Assembly (NCBI GenBank): GCA_014382535.1
Contig: JACNJN010000077.1
Span: 516 to 64,515 of the forward strand
Length of the DNA: 64,000 bases
Source of the DNA: Candidatus Desulfolinea nitratireducens
GTDB lineage: Bacteria; Chloroflexota; Anaerolineae; Anaerolineales; Villigracilaceae
Direction: 5' to 3'
Positions 45,625-54,575 of this stretch are shown here, piece by piece. The notes below the pieces were generated by a model, which was not told the DNA's origin, did no database searches, and saw only the letters and a program-made list of their open reading frames with translations. Both the position numbers and the translations under genes were made by a program. Each line of letters begins with the position of its first letter. The first letter of the stretch is position 1.

Positions 45625-45864
45625 ATGGAATTAGAAGCTGCAACTATGCTTGGCAAGTTGATTGGCGCAGGATTGGCAATGATCGGGGCCATTGGCGCAG
45701 GTGCTGGTATCGGTATCGTTACAAGCGGTGCTGTACAGGCCATGGGACGTAACCCAGACGCGGCAGGCAATATCCAGACAAACATGATCCTCGGCATTGC
45801 GTTTGCCGAAGCGGTCGCGATTTACTGTCTTGTTGTCGCCCTTTTGATCCTGTTCGTATTCTAA
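45625..45864 (+). CDS. atpE: F-type ATP synthase Fo subunit c
   Basis: 79 aa hairpin. GRNP loop and carboxylate in AFAEAVAIY. RBS GGAGG. Confidence 0.92.
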   Translation: MELEAATMLGKLIGAGLAMIGAIGAGAGIGIVTSGAVQAMGRNPDAAGNIQTNMILGIAFAEAVAIYCLVVALLILFVF

Positions 45865-45880
45865 ACCGGAGGAGGCTCCT

Positions 45881-46615
45881 ATGGATAAACTAGGACTTAA
45901 TCTGGGTTATTTACTCGTCCAGATTTTCAACTTCCTGATTATTTTTGTTGTGCTAAAAAAATGGGTTTATGGACCTGTTTTGACCATGCTCGACAAACGT
46001 CGCGAGACTATTGCACAGGGTATGGAAGACGCCCGTGTTGCTTCAGAGGCTCGCGCAAATGCTGAAAAAGAAGCTGCCAAGATCAAGGCGGATGCGCAAG
46101 CAGAAGCCAGCAAGATCGTCAGTGAGGCAACCTCACGCGCCCAGACCGCTGGCAAAGATGTTCAGGCTGCTGCTGAAGCAGATGCTGCCAAGGCCGCTGA
46201 AAAATCTCTTGCGAATGTTGAAGCAGAGCGCAATCAGATGCTTGGCGATCTTCGTGGACAAGTTGCCGCGCTCGCGATTGCAGGTGCCCAGAAATTGGTT
46301 GGCGAAGCTCTCGACGAGAAACGTCAGCATGCCCTTCTGAGCGATTTCTTTGCTGGTGTCAAATCCGGCAAAGTCCTCGTCCTCGATAGCGCAGACTTCA
46401 AAGGCGATGCCGCTGAAGTCACCAGCGCATTGCCCCTAACAGATGCAGAGCAGGCGACTGTCAAAAAAGACGTGCTCGCAAAATCTGGAGCACAGGCTGT
46501 CTCCTTCCGCGTTGACCCCGCTATCCTTGGTGGATTGGTCATAAAAATTGGGGATAAAGTCGTTGATGGCTCCGTCGCAGGCAAGCTCGAAGGTTTACGC
46601 CAGAACATGCGCTAA
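45881..46615 (+). CDS. atpF: ATP synthase subunit b fused to the C-terminal domain of subunit delta (OSCP)
   Basis: 244 aa. N-terminal TM plus an Ala/Glu/Lys coiled coil ending ...LDEKRQHALLSDFF (b-type end). This is followed by AEVTSALPLTDAEQ...VSFRVDPAILGGLVIKIGDKVVDGSVAGKLEGL (delta C-terminal signature). Confidence 0.8.
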   Translation: MDKLGLNLGYLLVQIFNFLIIFVVLKKWVYGPVLTMLDKRRETIAQGMEDARVASEARANAEKEAAKIKADAQAEASKIVSEATSRAQTAGKDVQAAAEADAAKAAEKSLANVEAERNQMLGDLRGQVAALAIAGAQKLVGEALDEKRQHALLSDFFAGVKSGKVLVLDSADFKGDAAEVTSALPLTDAEQATVKKDVLAKSGAQAVSFRVDPAILGGLVIKIGDKVVDGSVAGKLEGLRQNMR

Positions 46616-46640
46616 ATCTTCCAGAATGATAAAATCTAAA

Positions 46641-46672
46641 AGGGTTTTGATACTTGCTGTCAAAACCCTTTT
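46641..46672 (+). terminator. Intrinsic terminator after the atp cluster
   Basis: AGGGTTTTGA / TCAAAACCCT stem with a 9-nt loop, then TTTTAATTT. Confidence 0.7.
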
Positions 46673-46680
46673 AATTTACC

Positions 46681-46795
46681 ATAGGACTAATGCATTTTTA
46701 TAATCCTTATCCCAATGTTCTGCGTTGAGGTATTGTAGACAAGCCGCAAAGCAGAGCATTGCGGCGAGAAAGAAAGTGGATTGCGTAGGTCCTAT
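46681..46795. repeat. MITE-like repeat, family B, copy 2
   Basis: Ends ATAGGACTAATGCA / TGCGTAGGTCCTAT. Core CAATGTTCTGCGTTG...CAAAGCAGAGCATTG. Confidence 0.8.
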
Positions 46796-46808
46796 ACTAT
46801 TTACTTTA

Positions 46809-48410
46809 ATGACTCTCTCAAGTTTATTCTCTGAATTCCCGCGAAAGATCATCTCTGGGCAACCCACAGATATCACCATCCGTGAAATTGCTTCGGATTC
46901 CCGCAAGGTTCAACCGGGTGATCTTTTTGTCGCCATGGCCGGTGAATATTTCGACGGGCATCAATATATCCCTAAGGCGATTGAGCAGGGTGCCGTCGCG
47001 GTCGTGGGGGAGCAGGAGATTTCGGATCTTCCTGTGCCTTATATTCAAGTATCAAACGCACGTCAGGCAATCGCTCATCTTGCCGCGGCATTTTACGATC
47101 ATCCTGGCCGCAAGCTGACTATGATCGGGGTGACAGGTACCGATGGCAAGACCACCACCAGTAATATCCTGTATCAAATACTCCTCGCGGCTGACCTTAA
47201 AGCTGGCATGATCTCAACCGTCAATGCCGTTATCGGTGATAGAACTCTGGATACGGGTTTTCACGTCACCACGCCCGATGCGTTGGATACCCAGCGCTAT
47301 CTTCTGAAAATGGTTGAGGCAGGGTTGACGCATGTCATCCTGGAAACCACTTCGCATGGCTGGGCGCAGTATCGGGTGGATGCCTGTGAATTCGATATTG
47401 GGATCGTCACCAATATCACCCATGAACATCTGGACTATCACGGTTCCTACGAAGCCTATAGAGCCGCCAAGGGACGTCTATTTGAAAGTCTGAAGGATAC
47501 AATGGATAAGCCGCACGGCAATCCACGGTTAGCAATCCTTAATCGGGATGATTCTTCCTACGAATTTTTGACCCGTCTCGCCCCCGGACCTCAGGCCTGC
47601 TACAGCGTGGATAGATCTGCCGATGCCCTTGCAGCGGATATCAACTATCTCCCTGATGGAATTGAATTTACGATTGTCGGAAATCTTGTTCTCGGCGGAG
47701 TCCCCGCCGCCGAGAACGGCGACAAAAACTTCTTTCGTGTAGCGACAAAAACAAATCTGGTTGGTTCCTATAATATCTCCAACTGCCTGGCAGCCTTCTC
47801 GGCAGCAGTCTATGGCCTTGGGATTGACCCTGAAACTGCCGCGCGTGGTATCGCCGCATTGGAGGGCATCCCTGGACGGATGGAGCGGATTGATCTCGGG
47901 CAGAATTTCACCGCCATTGTCGATTTTGCCCACACGCCCAATGCCCTCAAGGTTGCGATCGAATCTGCCCGCGAAATGACACAGGGGCGGGTGATCGCTC
48001 TCTTTGGCTCGGCCGGACTGCGCGACAAGGAAAAACGCCGCCTGATGGCAGAAATTTCTGCTGACCTGGCAGATCTTACCATTCTAACGGCTGAAGATCC
48101 ACGCACAGAATCTCTGGATGATATTTTGTCCGAAATGGCTGCAGGAGCGAAATCACGTGATGGCGAGGAAGGAGAAAGTTTTTGGCGCGTTTCAGATCGC
48201 GGCGAAGCGATTTTGTTTGCCCTAAAACTGGCAAATCCTGATGATATCGTATTGATTTGCGGAAAGGGGCACGAGCAATCGATGTGTTTTGGCGAGATAG
48301 AATATCCCTGGGATGATCGCGTTGCGACACGCGCAGCGCTCGCAAAATTTCTGGGAGTCGAGGGCCCGGATATGCCTTATCTCCCGACGCAAAATACAAA
48401 TGAAAATTGA
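46809..48410 (+). CDS. murE: UDP-N-acetylmuramoyl-L-alanyl-D-glutamate--2,6-diaminopimelate ligase
   Basis: Start taken at MTLSSLFSEF (46809), downstream of the repeat. GVTGTDGKTT P-loop and Mur ligase middle and C-terminal domains. Confidence 0.88.
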   Translation: MTLSSLFSEFPRKIISGQPTDITIREIASDSRKVQPGDLFVAMAGEYFDGHQYIPKAIEQGAVAVVGEQEISDLPVPYIQVSNARQAIAHLAAAFYDHPGRKLTMIGVTGTDGKTTTSNILYQILLAADLKAGMISTVNAVIGDRTLDTGFHVTTPDALDTQRYLLKMVEAGLTHVILETTSHGWAQYRVDACEFDIGIVTNITHEHLDYHGSYEAYRAAKGRLFESLKDTMDKPHGNPRLAILNRDDSSYEFLTRLAPGPQACYSVDRSADALAADINYLPDGIEFTIVGNLVLGGVPAAENGDKNFFRVATKTNLVGSYNISNCLAAFSAAVYGLGIDPETAARGIAALEGIPGRMERIDLGQNFTAIVDFAHTPNALKVAIESAREMTQGRVIALFGSAGLRDKEKRRLMAEISADLADLTILTAEDPRTESLDDILSEMAAGAKSRDGEEGESFWRVSDRGEAILFALKLANPDDIVLICGKGHEQSMCFGEIEYPWDDRVATRAALAKFLGVEGPDMPYLPTQNTNEN

Positions 48411-49014
48411 ACCTGTTATTTTAGAGGGAAATACATATCGTCTTGAGCCACTTTCAGAGGCCCATATTTCTGCGCTGACATTGGCTGGCAGCTACGAATC
48501 AATATGGCAACATATGCGTTATGGGATGGTGACAACTGAGGAGAAGATGAGGGCCTGGGTGCTGGATATGCTAGCGCGTCAGGAACGCGAAGGCGATCTC
48601 CCTTTTGCGGTTTGCCATCTTCAGAGCGAACAGGCTATTGGGGCAACCCGATTTATGAATATTGACCATCCTGAGCGTGGCCTGGAAATAGGTGGAACGT
48701 GGTATACGCCCTCTTTTCAGGGATCGGGCGTTAATACAGAGGCAAAGTATTTGCTGCTAAAATATGCCTTTGAAGAACTTGGCTGCATCCGTGTTCAGAT
48801 CAAAACAGATATACGGAATATTAAATCTCAGCGTTCGATCGAGCGTTTGGGCGCAGTAAGAGAGGGGATGCTGAGAAATCATGTCATTCGACAGGATGGT
48901 AGCTATAGGGATTCGGTTTTTTATAGCATCATCGAAAGTGAATGGACTGAGATTAAATACAGACTGGAAGAGTTGCTTCTAAACAGGGATGGGGATAGAA
49001 AAGCCTCAGATTAA
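48400..49014 (+). CDS. GNAT-family N-acetyltransferase (RimJ/RimL-like)
   Basis: Start at MKIEPVILEG, overlapping the murE end by 11 nt. Family pattern LRPL-type N-terminus and ...IRSQRSIERLGAVREG. Confidence 0.8.
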   Translation: MKIEPVILEGNTYRLEPLSEAHISALTLAGSYESIWQHMRYGMVTTEEKMRAWVLDMLARQEREGDLPFAVCHLQSEQAIGATRFMNIDHPERGLEIGGTWYTPSFQGSGVNTEAKYLLLKYAFEELGCIRVQIKTDIRNIKSQRSIERLGAVREGMLRNHVIRQDGSYRDSVFYSIIESEWTEIKYRLEELLLNRDGDRKASD

Positions 49015-50231
49015 ACGGTTTGAAGCTCTTTTTGCCTCTGACGCATGGCAAGCAGTAGCAGGCCAAAGGCTGAGATTGAACCGACAAACAATCCGCCGTA
49101 CCAGATAGTGACCGGACCAAAAGAGTCGCTTAGCCATCCGCCCATCACTGGTCCTACACCGCGCGCAAAACTCCATGCCAGGTTATAAAGTCCCATATAA
49201 CGACCACGCATATCGGGGTGGGCGAGGTTGGCTACGTATGCACTGGAGGTCGGAACAATGATTAACTCGCCAATCGTGATGATGACGATGCTCGTCCAAA
49301 AACCCCAGAAACCGCTGCCGAGTGCGACGCTGCCGGTGCCAATGGCATAAAAAGCCATCCCGAGTGCCATGATTGGCAATGGCCTGTAGCGTTTTGTTTT
49401 TCTTGAAACAGTCACTTGAAAAAATATCACTATCAGTGCATTGGTGGTTGGGATCAGGCCATAGATATTTTCGGGGATGCCGTAATTTTGGTTGGCATAA
49501 ACGGGGAGTATGACCCACATGAGAGCGGCTGTAGTCCACCCCAAAGAGTAGATCGCGATCATGGCAATAAAGGCTTTGTCACGCAGGATATACCGATAAC
49601 CTAATTTCCCGGTACTATCTTCCGATATTGTTGACGAGGTTTCGTGGGCAGGCAGGGTCTCTTTGGCAAAAAATACAAGGAGAAGACCAAAGATGGTCAT
49701 GCCAACTGCAGCGCTGATAAAAGTGATGTCATACGATATGGCTGCAAGGATCCCGCCTATGGCTGGACCCATTGAGACTCCAACATTTTTAGCCATCCGA
49801 ATCAGCGCAAAGGCTTCGAGGCGTTCGAGTTCAGGGATCAGGTCGGCGATCATGGCATCCGCGCCGATGCGGTAGAGGGGAGTGGCAGCGCCACTGAAGG
49901 CCATTAGAATCGCAAAAATGGCATAGCTATCGGCTCTCATCATGAAGAGATACATGGAGGCGTTGATCAACAGACCAAAAACCATAACCCATTTCCGTCC
50001 GAATTTATCGGTGACAGGACCCGCGACGAAGGTGAAGGCCACCCCCACTACCGCATTGATCGTCATCAATGTCGCGATCTGGGTCAGAGGCATAGCGAGG
50101 CGTTTGCTGGCGTAGATCAGAAGGAAAGGCCAGATCATGGTTGCGCCAAGCATGCTGATCAACATACCGCCGACGAGCAGCCAGAACTGTTTGGGATAAC
50201 GATTGAGGGTTGCTTGCAGCTTTGTGAACAT
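49011..50231 (-). CDS. MFS transporter
   Basis: 406 aa, 12 TM. GPVTDKFGRKWV loop motif. Confidence 0.85.
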   Translation of the reverse strand: MFTKLQATLNRYPKQFWLLVGGMLISMLGATMIWPFLLIYASKRLAMPLTQIATLMTINAVVGVAFTFVAGPVTDKFGRKWVMVFGLLINASMYLFMMRADSYAIFAILMAFSGAATPLYRIGADAMIADLIPELERLEAFALIRMAKNVGVSMGPAIGGILAAISYDITFISAAVGMTIFGLLLVFFAKETLPAHETSSTISEDSTGKLGYRYILRDKAFIAMIAIYSLGWTTAALMWVILPVYANQNYGIPENIYGLIPTTNALIVIFFQVTVSRKTKRYRPLPIMALGMAFYAIGTGSVALGSGFWGFWTSIVIITIGELIIVPTSSAYVANLAHPDMRGRYMGLYNLAWSFARGVGPVMGGWLSDSFGPVTIWYGGLFVGSISAFGLLLLAMRQRQKELQTV

Positions 50232-50256
50232 GGTTATTGAATTGTCTTGCTTATAC

Positions 50257-50287
50257 TAAAAACGGGCGACCAATGGGCCGCCCGTTT
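50257..50287 (-). terminator. Intrinsic terminator downstream of pnp
   Basis: AACGGGCG / CGCCCGTT stem. A5 on + gives T5 on the minus strand. Confidence 0.65.
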
Positions 50288-50305
50288 TGGTTTCTTCTTA
50301 GGGAT

Positions 50306-52510
50306 TTAGCGTCGGTTACTATTACGTCCGCCGCTGCGATTACCGCCGCCGCGATTTCCGCCACCTCGGTTTCCACCGCCACCACGAGGTTGGTCGTTGG
50401 CAATAGCCTCTTCAACGGTCCAGCCTTCGAGTACGGCTTTGCGTGAGAGTCTGATCTTGCCGCCCGCGTCAATATTGGTCACCATTACGGTGATCTCATC
50501 GCCAACTTTGGCAACATCTTCGACGCTGTTGATGCGGACGCTGTCCAATTGCGAGATATGAACCAATCCGTCCATATTGGGGAGGATTTCGATAAAGGCG
50601 CCAAAATCGGTCACACGGACAACGCGTCCGGTGTAGATCCGTCCAAGCTCTGCGCTCTCGGTCAGGGATTCGATCCGCTGACGTGCCATGGCTTCGGCCT
50701 CGCCATCAGTGGCCGAGATGAAGATGGTACCATCCTCTTCAATATCGAGGCGTACGCCGGTTTCATCTTGAATGGCGCGGATTGTTTTTCCGCCAGGGCC
50801 AATGATCGCGCCGATCTTGCCGACGGGGATGGTCATGGTTGTCACACGCGGAACATGTCTTTTCAATTCCGGGCGAGGAGCGTCGATCGTTTTCATCATT
50901 TCGCCCATGATATGCATACGCCCTTCATGCGATTGCGTCAGTGCTTCGGCCATCAGTTCTGCACTCAATCCGCTGACTTTTATATCCATTTGCAGGGCAG
51001 TAATGCCCTTTTCGGTGCCGGTTACTTTGAAATCCATATCACCGAGATGATCTTCGGTGCCCAAGATATCGCTCAGGATGTGGTAACGCTTACCATCAGT
51101 CACCAGGCCCATCGCTATGCCTGATACAGGCGCTTTGATCGGGACACCGGTTGCCATCAGTGAAAGCGTCGAACCACAAACGGAAGCCATCGAAGATGAT
51201 CCGTTTGAATCCATGATCTCGGAGACGAGACGGATCGAGTAAGGGAAATCCTCTTTGGCGGGGATGACTGGTAATAGCGCACGTTCTGCCAATGAACCAT
51301 GGCCTACTTCGCGGCGGGAGGTGCCACGCATCATGCGAACCTCGCCGGTGCAGAAGGGCGGGAAATTGTAGTGATGCATATAGCGGCGTTCTTTTTCAGG
51401 GGTCAGGTTGTCGAGCGCCTGCGCATCTCGCAATGTACCGAGGGTGGCAACGGTCAGCGCCTGGGTTTCACCGCGTGTGAAGATGGCAGAACCATGGGCA
51501 CGTGGGCTGATATCCAACTCACACCAGATCGGGCGGATATCCTTCGGGCCACGTCCGTCTGGACGCTTGCCCGCACTTAAAATACGTTCACGAACGATCT
51601 TCTTTTCTGCTGTGCCAAAGGCATTCTTGATATCTTTTTCCGCCAATTCTTTGTCTTCGGCGAGCATTGCCTCGACGGTTTGAGCTTTCAGATCATCCAT
51701 GCCGCTGTAGAACTCATCTTTGCTGAGTGGCTTGGCGACCAGCTCGGTCATGGGGCCGCTAATATAATCGTAGACTTTGACTTCAAGAGCTTCATCTGTA
51801 ACAGAAACGATTGGCTCATCCTTGGGCTTGCCAACTTCGGCAGCCATCCTGGATTGGGCTTCGATCAAGGGTTGGATGGATGCATGTCCCAGCTCAAGGG
51901 CTTTGACCATCACATCTTCGGGGACTTCATCTGCACCACATTCGACCATCAGGATGGCTTCTTTTGTTCCGGCCAGACGAAGGTCAAGATCGGATACTTC
52001 CATCTCGGCAAAGGTCGGGTTGATAACAAATTCCTCATTCACTCGTCCAATGCGTACTGCGCCAACAGGGCCATCCCAGGGGATATTTGAAATGGTCAAT
52101 GCAGCCGAGGATGCATTGAGCGCCAAAATATCGAGGGGGTTATCATCCGCAGAAAGCGAATAGATCAAGACCTGAATATCGTTGCGCATTCCTTTTGGGA
52201 AGAGAGGCCGTAGCGGACGGTCGATGAGGCGCGATGTCAGGATGGCTTCGTTGTGGGGACGTCCCTCACGACGGAAGAAGGAACCGGGGATCCGCCCACC
52301 GGCGTACATCCGTTCCTCATAGTTTACACTCATCGGAAGGAAGTCAATTCCCTCGCGAGCTTTATCGCTCATCGTTGTGGCAGCAAAGACCATTGCTTCG
52401 TCGAGCTCTACGGTCACGGCGCCGCCAGCCTGATGTGCGAGCTTGCCTGTCTCAAATGTGACAGTACGCCCGCCCACCTCTGCGGTGTAGCGTTTAATTT
52501 CTGGTTTCAT
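50306..52510 (-). CDS. pnp: Polyribonucleotide nucleotidyltransferase (PNPase) with a C-terminal Arg/Gly-rich tail
   Basis: 734 aa. Two RNase PH domains, KH, S1 (GRIYTGRVVRVTDFGAFIEI). Tail GGGGNRGGGNRGGGNRSGGRNSNRR. Confidence 0.93.
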   Translation of the reverse strand: MKPEIKRYTAEVGGRTVTFETGKLAHQAGGAVTVELDEAMVFAATTMSDKAREGIDFLPMSVNYEERMYAGGRIPGSFFRREGRPHNEAILTSRLIDRPLRPLFPKGMRNDIQVLIYSLSADDNPLDILALNASSAALTISNIPWDGPVGAVRIGRVNEEFVINPTFAEMEVSDLDLRLAGTKEAILMVECGADEVPEDVMVKALELGHASIQPLIEAQSRMAAEVGKPKDEPIVSVTDEALEVKVYDYISGPMTELVAKPLSKDEFYSGMDDLKAQTVEAMLAEDKELAEKDIKNAFGTAEKKIVRERILSAGKRPDGRGPKDIRPIWCELDISPRAHGSAIFTRGETQALTVATLGTLRDAQALDNLTPEKERRYMHHYNFPPFCTGEVRMMRGTSRREVGHGSLAERALLPVIPAKEDFPYSIRLVSEIMDSNGSSSMASVCGSTLSLMATGVPIKAPVSGIAMGLVTDGKRYHILSDILGTEDHLGDMDFKVTGTEKGITALQMDIKVSGLSAELMAEALTQSHEGRMHIMGEMMKTIDAPRPELKRHVPRVTTMTIPVGKIGAIIGPGGKTIRAIQDETGVRLDIEEDGTIFISATDGEAEAMARQRIESLTESAELGRIYTGRVVRVTDFGAFIEILPNMDGLVHISQLDSVRINSVEDVAKVGDEITVMVTNIDAGGKIRLSRKAVLEGWTVEEAIANDQPRGGGGNRGGGNRGGGNRSGGRNSNRR

Positions 52511-52561
52511 ATTTTCTCCTTTTCCCGCCTGTTAGGGACTGAAAGCTGGTGATAAAAAGTT

Positions 52562-52636
52562 TTACCACGAAGACACAAAGTTCACAGAGCTTTTCTTTGT
52601 GGACACTAAGAGATTCTTAGTGCTCTGGGTGTCTTC
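52562..52636. repeat. Dispersed repeat, family A, copy 2 (in the pnp leader)
   Basis: TTACCACGAAGACACAAAG...CTTTGTGGACAC. Confidence 0.65.
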
Positions 52637-52754
52637 ATCTGCACTTGCATCGCAGGTACAAGTGTGTGGTGAGAGATTTTTCTCTCGGTTTATCGGCACC
52701 TTTCAATTCCCAACCGACGGAGCGAATATGGCAGACAGTTAGGTCTGCCTATAT

Positions 52755-52783
52755 AAAAAAAGTAGATGGTGATGACCATCTAC
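52755..52783 (-). terminator. Intrinsic terminator/attenuator between rpsO and pnp
   Basis: GTAGATGGT / ACCATCTAC stem with a 4-nt loop. A7 on + gives T7 on the minus strand. Confidence 0.8.
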
Positions 52784-52803
52784 CCGGTCAAACTAGTAAA
52801 TAT

Positions 52804-53076
52804 TTACTTACGACGTAGGCTCAATTCGTCGGTTAGTGCAAGGTAACGACTATAATTTTCGCGTCGCATATAAGCCAATAAGCGGCGACGGCGACCAACC
52901 ATTTTTAGCAGCCCAAGCCGACAGGATTCATCATACTTGTTGGTGCGCAGGTGATCGGTCAGGGCAAGAATGCGCTTGGTTAAAATTGCGATCTGGACCT
53001 CAGGTGAACCGGTGTCCTTCTCGTGCCGGTGAAACTCTTCAATTACCTTTGTTTTTGCTTCTTTTGTAATGGACAT
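52804..53076 (-). CDS. rpsO: 30S ribosomal protein S15
   Basis: 90 aa. GSPEVQIAILTKRILALTDHLRTNKYDESCRLGLLKMVGRRRRLLAYM. Confidence 0.95.
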   Translation of the reverse strand: MSITKEAKTKVIEEFHRHEKDTGSPEVQIAILTKRILALTDHLRTNKYDESCRLGLLKMVGRRRRLLAYMRRENYSRYLALTDELSLRRK

Positions 53077-53160
53077 GACGTATGCTCCTAAATATATTTT
53101 TTTGCAGGTCTCCGTGACCGCAGCCGAAACCGCGAGACAGGACCAGTCATAGCGGAGCAG

Positions 53161-53188
53161 ATTATACCAGATATGGAGGAGGTGGCAA
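53161..53188 (-). promoter_or_regulatory. rpsO promoter candidate: TTGCCA-16-(TGg)TATAAT
   Basis: On the minus strand the -35 is at 53183-53188 and the extended -10 TGGTATAAT ends at 53161. This leaves about an 80-nt GC-rich leader before the rpsO ATG. Confidence 0.5.
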
Positions 53189-53294
53189 GCGGAAAATCAA
53201 GCGTTTTTTTAGAATAACTGATCTGAAGGTGCTCAAGGTGTACTTGATTTCGCGCTACCATTTTTGCTATTATCACTGGCATTATTAATATTGT

Positions 53295-53398
53295 TAGGAC
53301 TTACGAAATTTTATAGTCCTAGTCCCAATGCTCTGCGTTGGGGTATTGTAGACAAGCTACAACGCAGCGAGAAAAAAGGTATTTTTGCGTAAGTCCTG
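53295..53398. repeat. MITE-like repeat, family B, copy 3 (core partly deleted)
   Basis: Ends TAGGACTTACGAAA / TGCGTAAGTCCTGA. Core CAATGCTCTGCGTTGGGGTATTGTAGACAAGC. Confidence 0.75.
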
Positions 53399-53452
53399 AT
53401 TGTGATAAAGATGATCGCCTGTTATTTCAAATTTTAGAAACTACTCAAGCAT

Positions 53453-53541
53453 GTCTTTGCGAGGCAGTTATATCGCCGGAGCAATCTCTCAGACAGTCGT
53501 GAAGACTGCCACGTCGCCTGAGCATGCTCCTCGCAGAGACG
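53453..53541. repeat. Palindromic dispersed repeat, family C, copy 2
   Basis: GTCTTTGCGAGG ... CCTCGCAGAGAC. The right half is the reverse complement of the 1417-1456 type sequence. Confidence 0.75.
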
Positions 53542-53605
53542 TTCCTGATGATGACTGAGTAGTAACAAAATTTATATGAAGAGAAGCCATCTTTGCTCCT
53601 TCTTT

Positions 53606-54403
53606 TTAATTTGCCTTCAATCCTTCTTGCAAACTGATTTGTAAATCTGTGGGGAGTGTGGGCAGGATTCGGCGTATCAGCAGGCTGGTTTTCGGGTTCT
53701 TCTTTCTTTCCAATATATTTTTGATGAAATAAGTGGTTTCAGTTGGAGAGGCCTTATAAAGTGCTCTGATAATATTTTCTATATCACCTTGCAGGAAGGT
53801 GGGCGCGGCTTCGATGATCGGGTCAATAATATCGAAAATGGAAGGCAGGTTTTCAAAGTCTTGAGCCTTTATCAGTGGTAATAAAGCCTGCAAGCCATTA
53901 CTCCAGAATTGTTGACGGTAAGGATAGAGCCATTCAGTAACCAGAATTAAGAATTGATCGGGTGTTTCCTTTCGCAAGCGGGCAAGACTATTGGTTAGCA
54001 GGGATGTGCGCACGTTGGGGTCGCGTACCTTTTGTGTCCAGGCGGTTAAGCGGGCGAGGAGGCGATCCTCTTCAGGAGAAATATGGCCCAGGAGAAAGGC
54101 TGCGAGTAGACGGGTTTCAAGATAGCCTGTATCCCAGAGTTCGTCGGCAAGCTCCAGGGCCTGGTTTGCATTTTGGGAGGCCAGTGGCGATAATTCACTT
54201 TCGATCCGCTGCAGGATCTCTGTTGGGGTGCGATAGGTTGGCAGCACTGACGAGGGGGCAACAGATTTTCTTGTTCGCAGGCTGTGATTGACATAGAGAT
54301 CAAGGATCTCCTGCAAGGCAGGAATAAAAACCGCGGGTTGGTCGAAGAGATCGGCCAACCGAGCGGTTTGTTTTTTGAGTCGAGCCAGGTCAATTGCGGG
54401 CAT
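53606..54403 (-). CDS. All-alpha hypothetical protein (possibly HEAT-like / DNA-alkylation-repair-like; family not recognised with confidence)
   Basis: 265-aa ORF with leucine-rich helical repeats and clean ORF boundaries. No motif I can name securely. Confidence 0.6.
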   Translation of the reverse strand: MPAIDLARLKKQTARLADLFDQPAVFIPALQEILDLYVNHSLRTRKSVAPSSVLPTYRTPTEILQRIESELSPLASQNANQALELADELWDTGYLETRLLAAFLLGHISPEEDRLLARLTAWTQKVRDPNVRTSLLTNSLARLRKETPDQFLILVTEWLYPYRQQFWSNGLQALLPLIKAQDFENLPSIFDIIDPIIEAAPTFLQGDIENIIRALYKASPTETTYFIKNILERKKNPKTSLLIRRILPTLPTDLQISLQEGLKAN

Positions 54404-54413
54404 TTGATTATTT

Positions 54414-54566
54414 CCAGTCTCTGAGCGGAGCGCAGTCGCCTGTACCCGTAAGGGTGAAGAGCGGTTCTTGGAAACCCGTCCTTCACCCTTCGAGTACAGG
54501 CGACTACATGCTCATTTCATTCGCCCTCCGCTCACACCGTCCCGGTATCCTACGGGAGGAATTGTT
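54414..54566. repeat. Dispersed repeat, family D, copy 2 (inverted relative to copy 1, with an internal deletion)
   Basis: See 1515-1688. It fills the gap between the proS stop and the start of the downstream gene. Confidence 0.8.
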
Positions 54567-54575
54567 TAGTGGTAT

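Noticed and set aside
44760-45797. 345-aa ORF on the minus strand
   Set aside because: It is entirely antisense to atpB and atpE, which have unmistakable family motifs. Its composition is low-complexity (Pro/Gly/Lys-rich) and there is no RBS. It is a shadow ORF.
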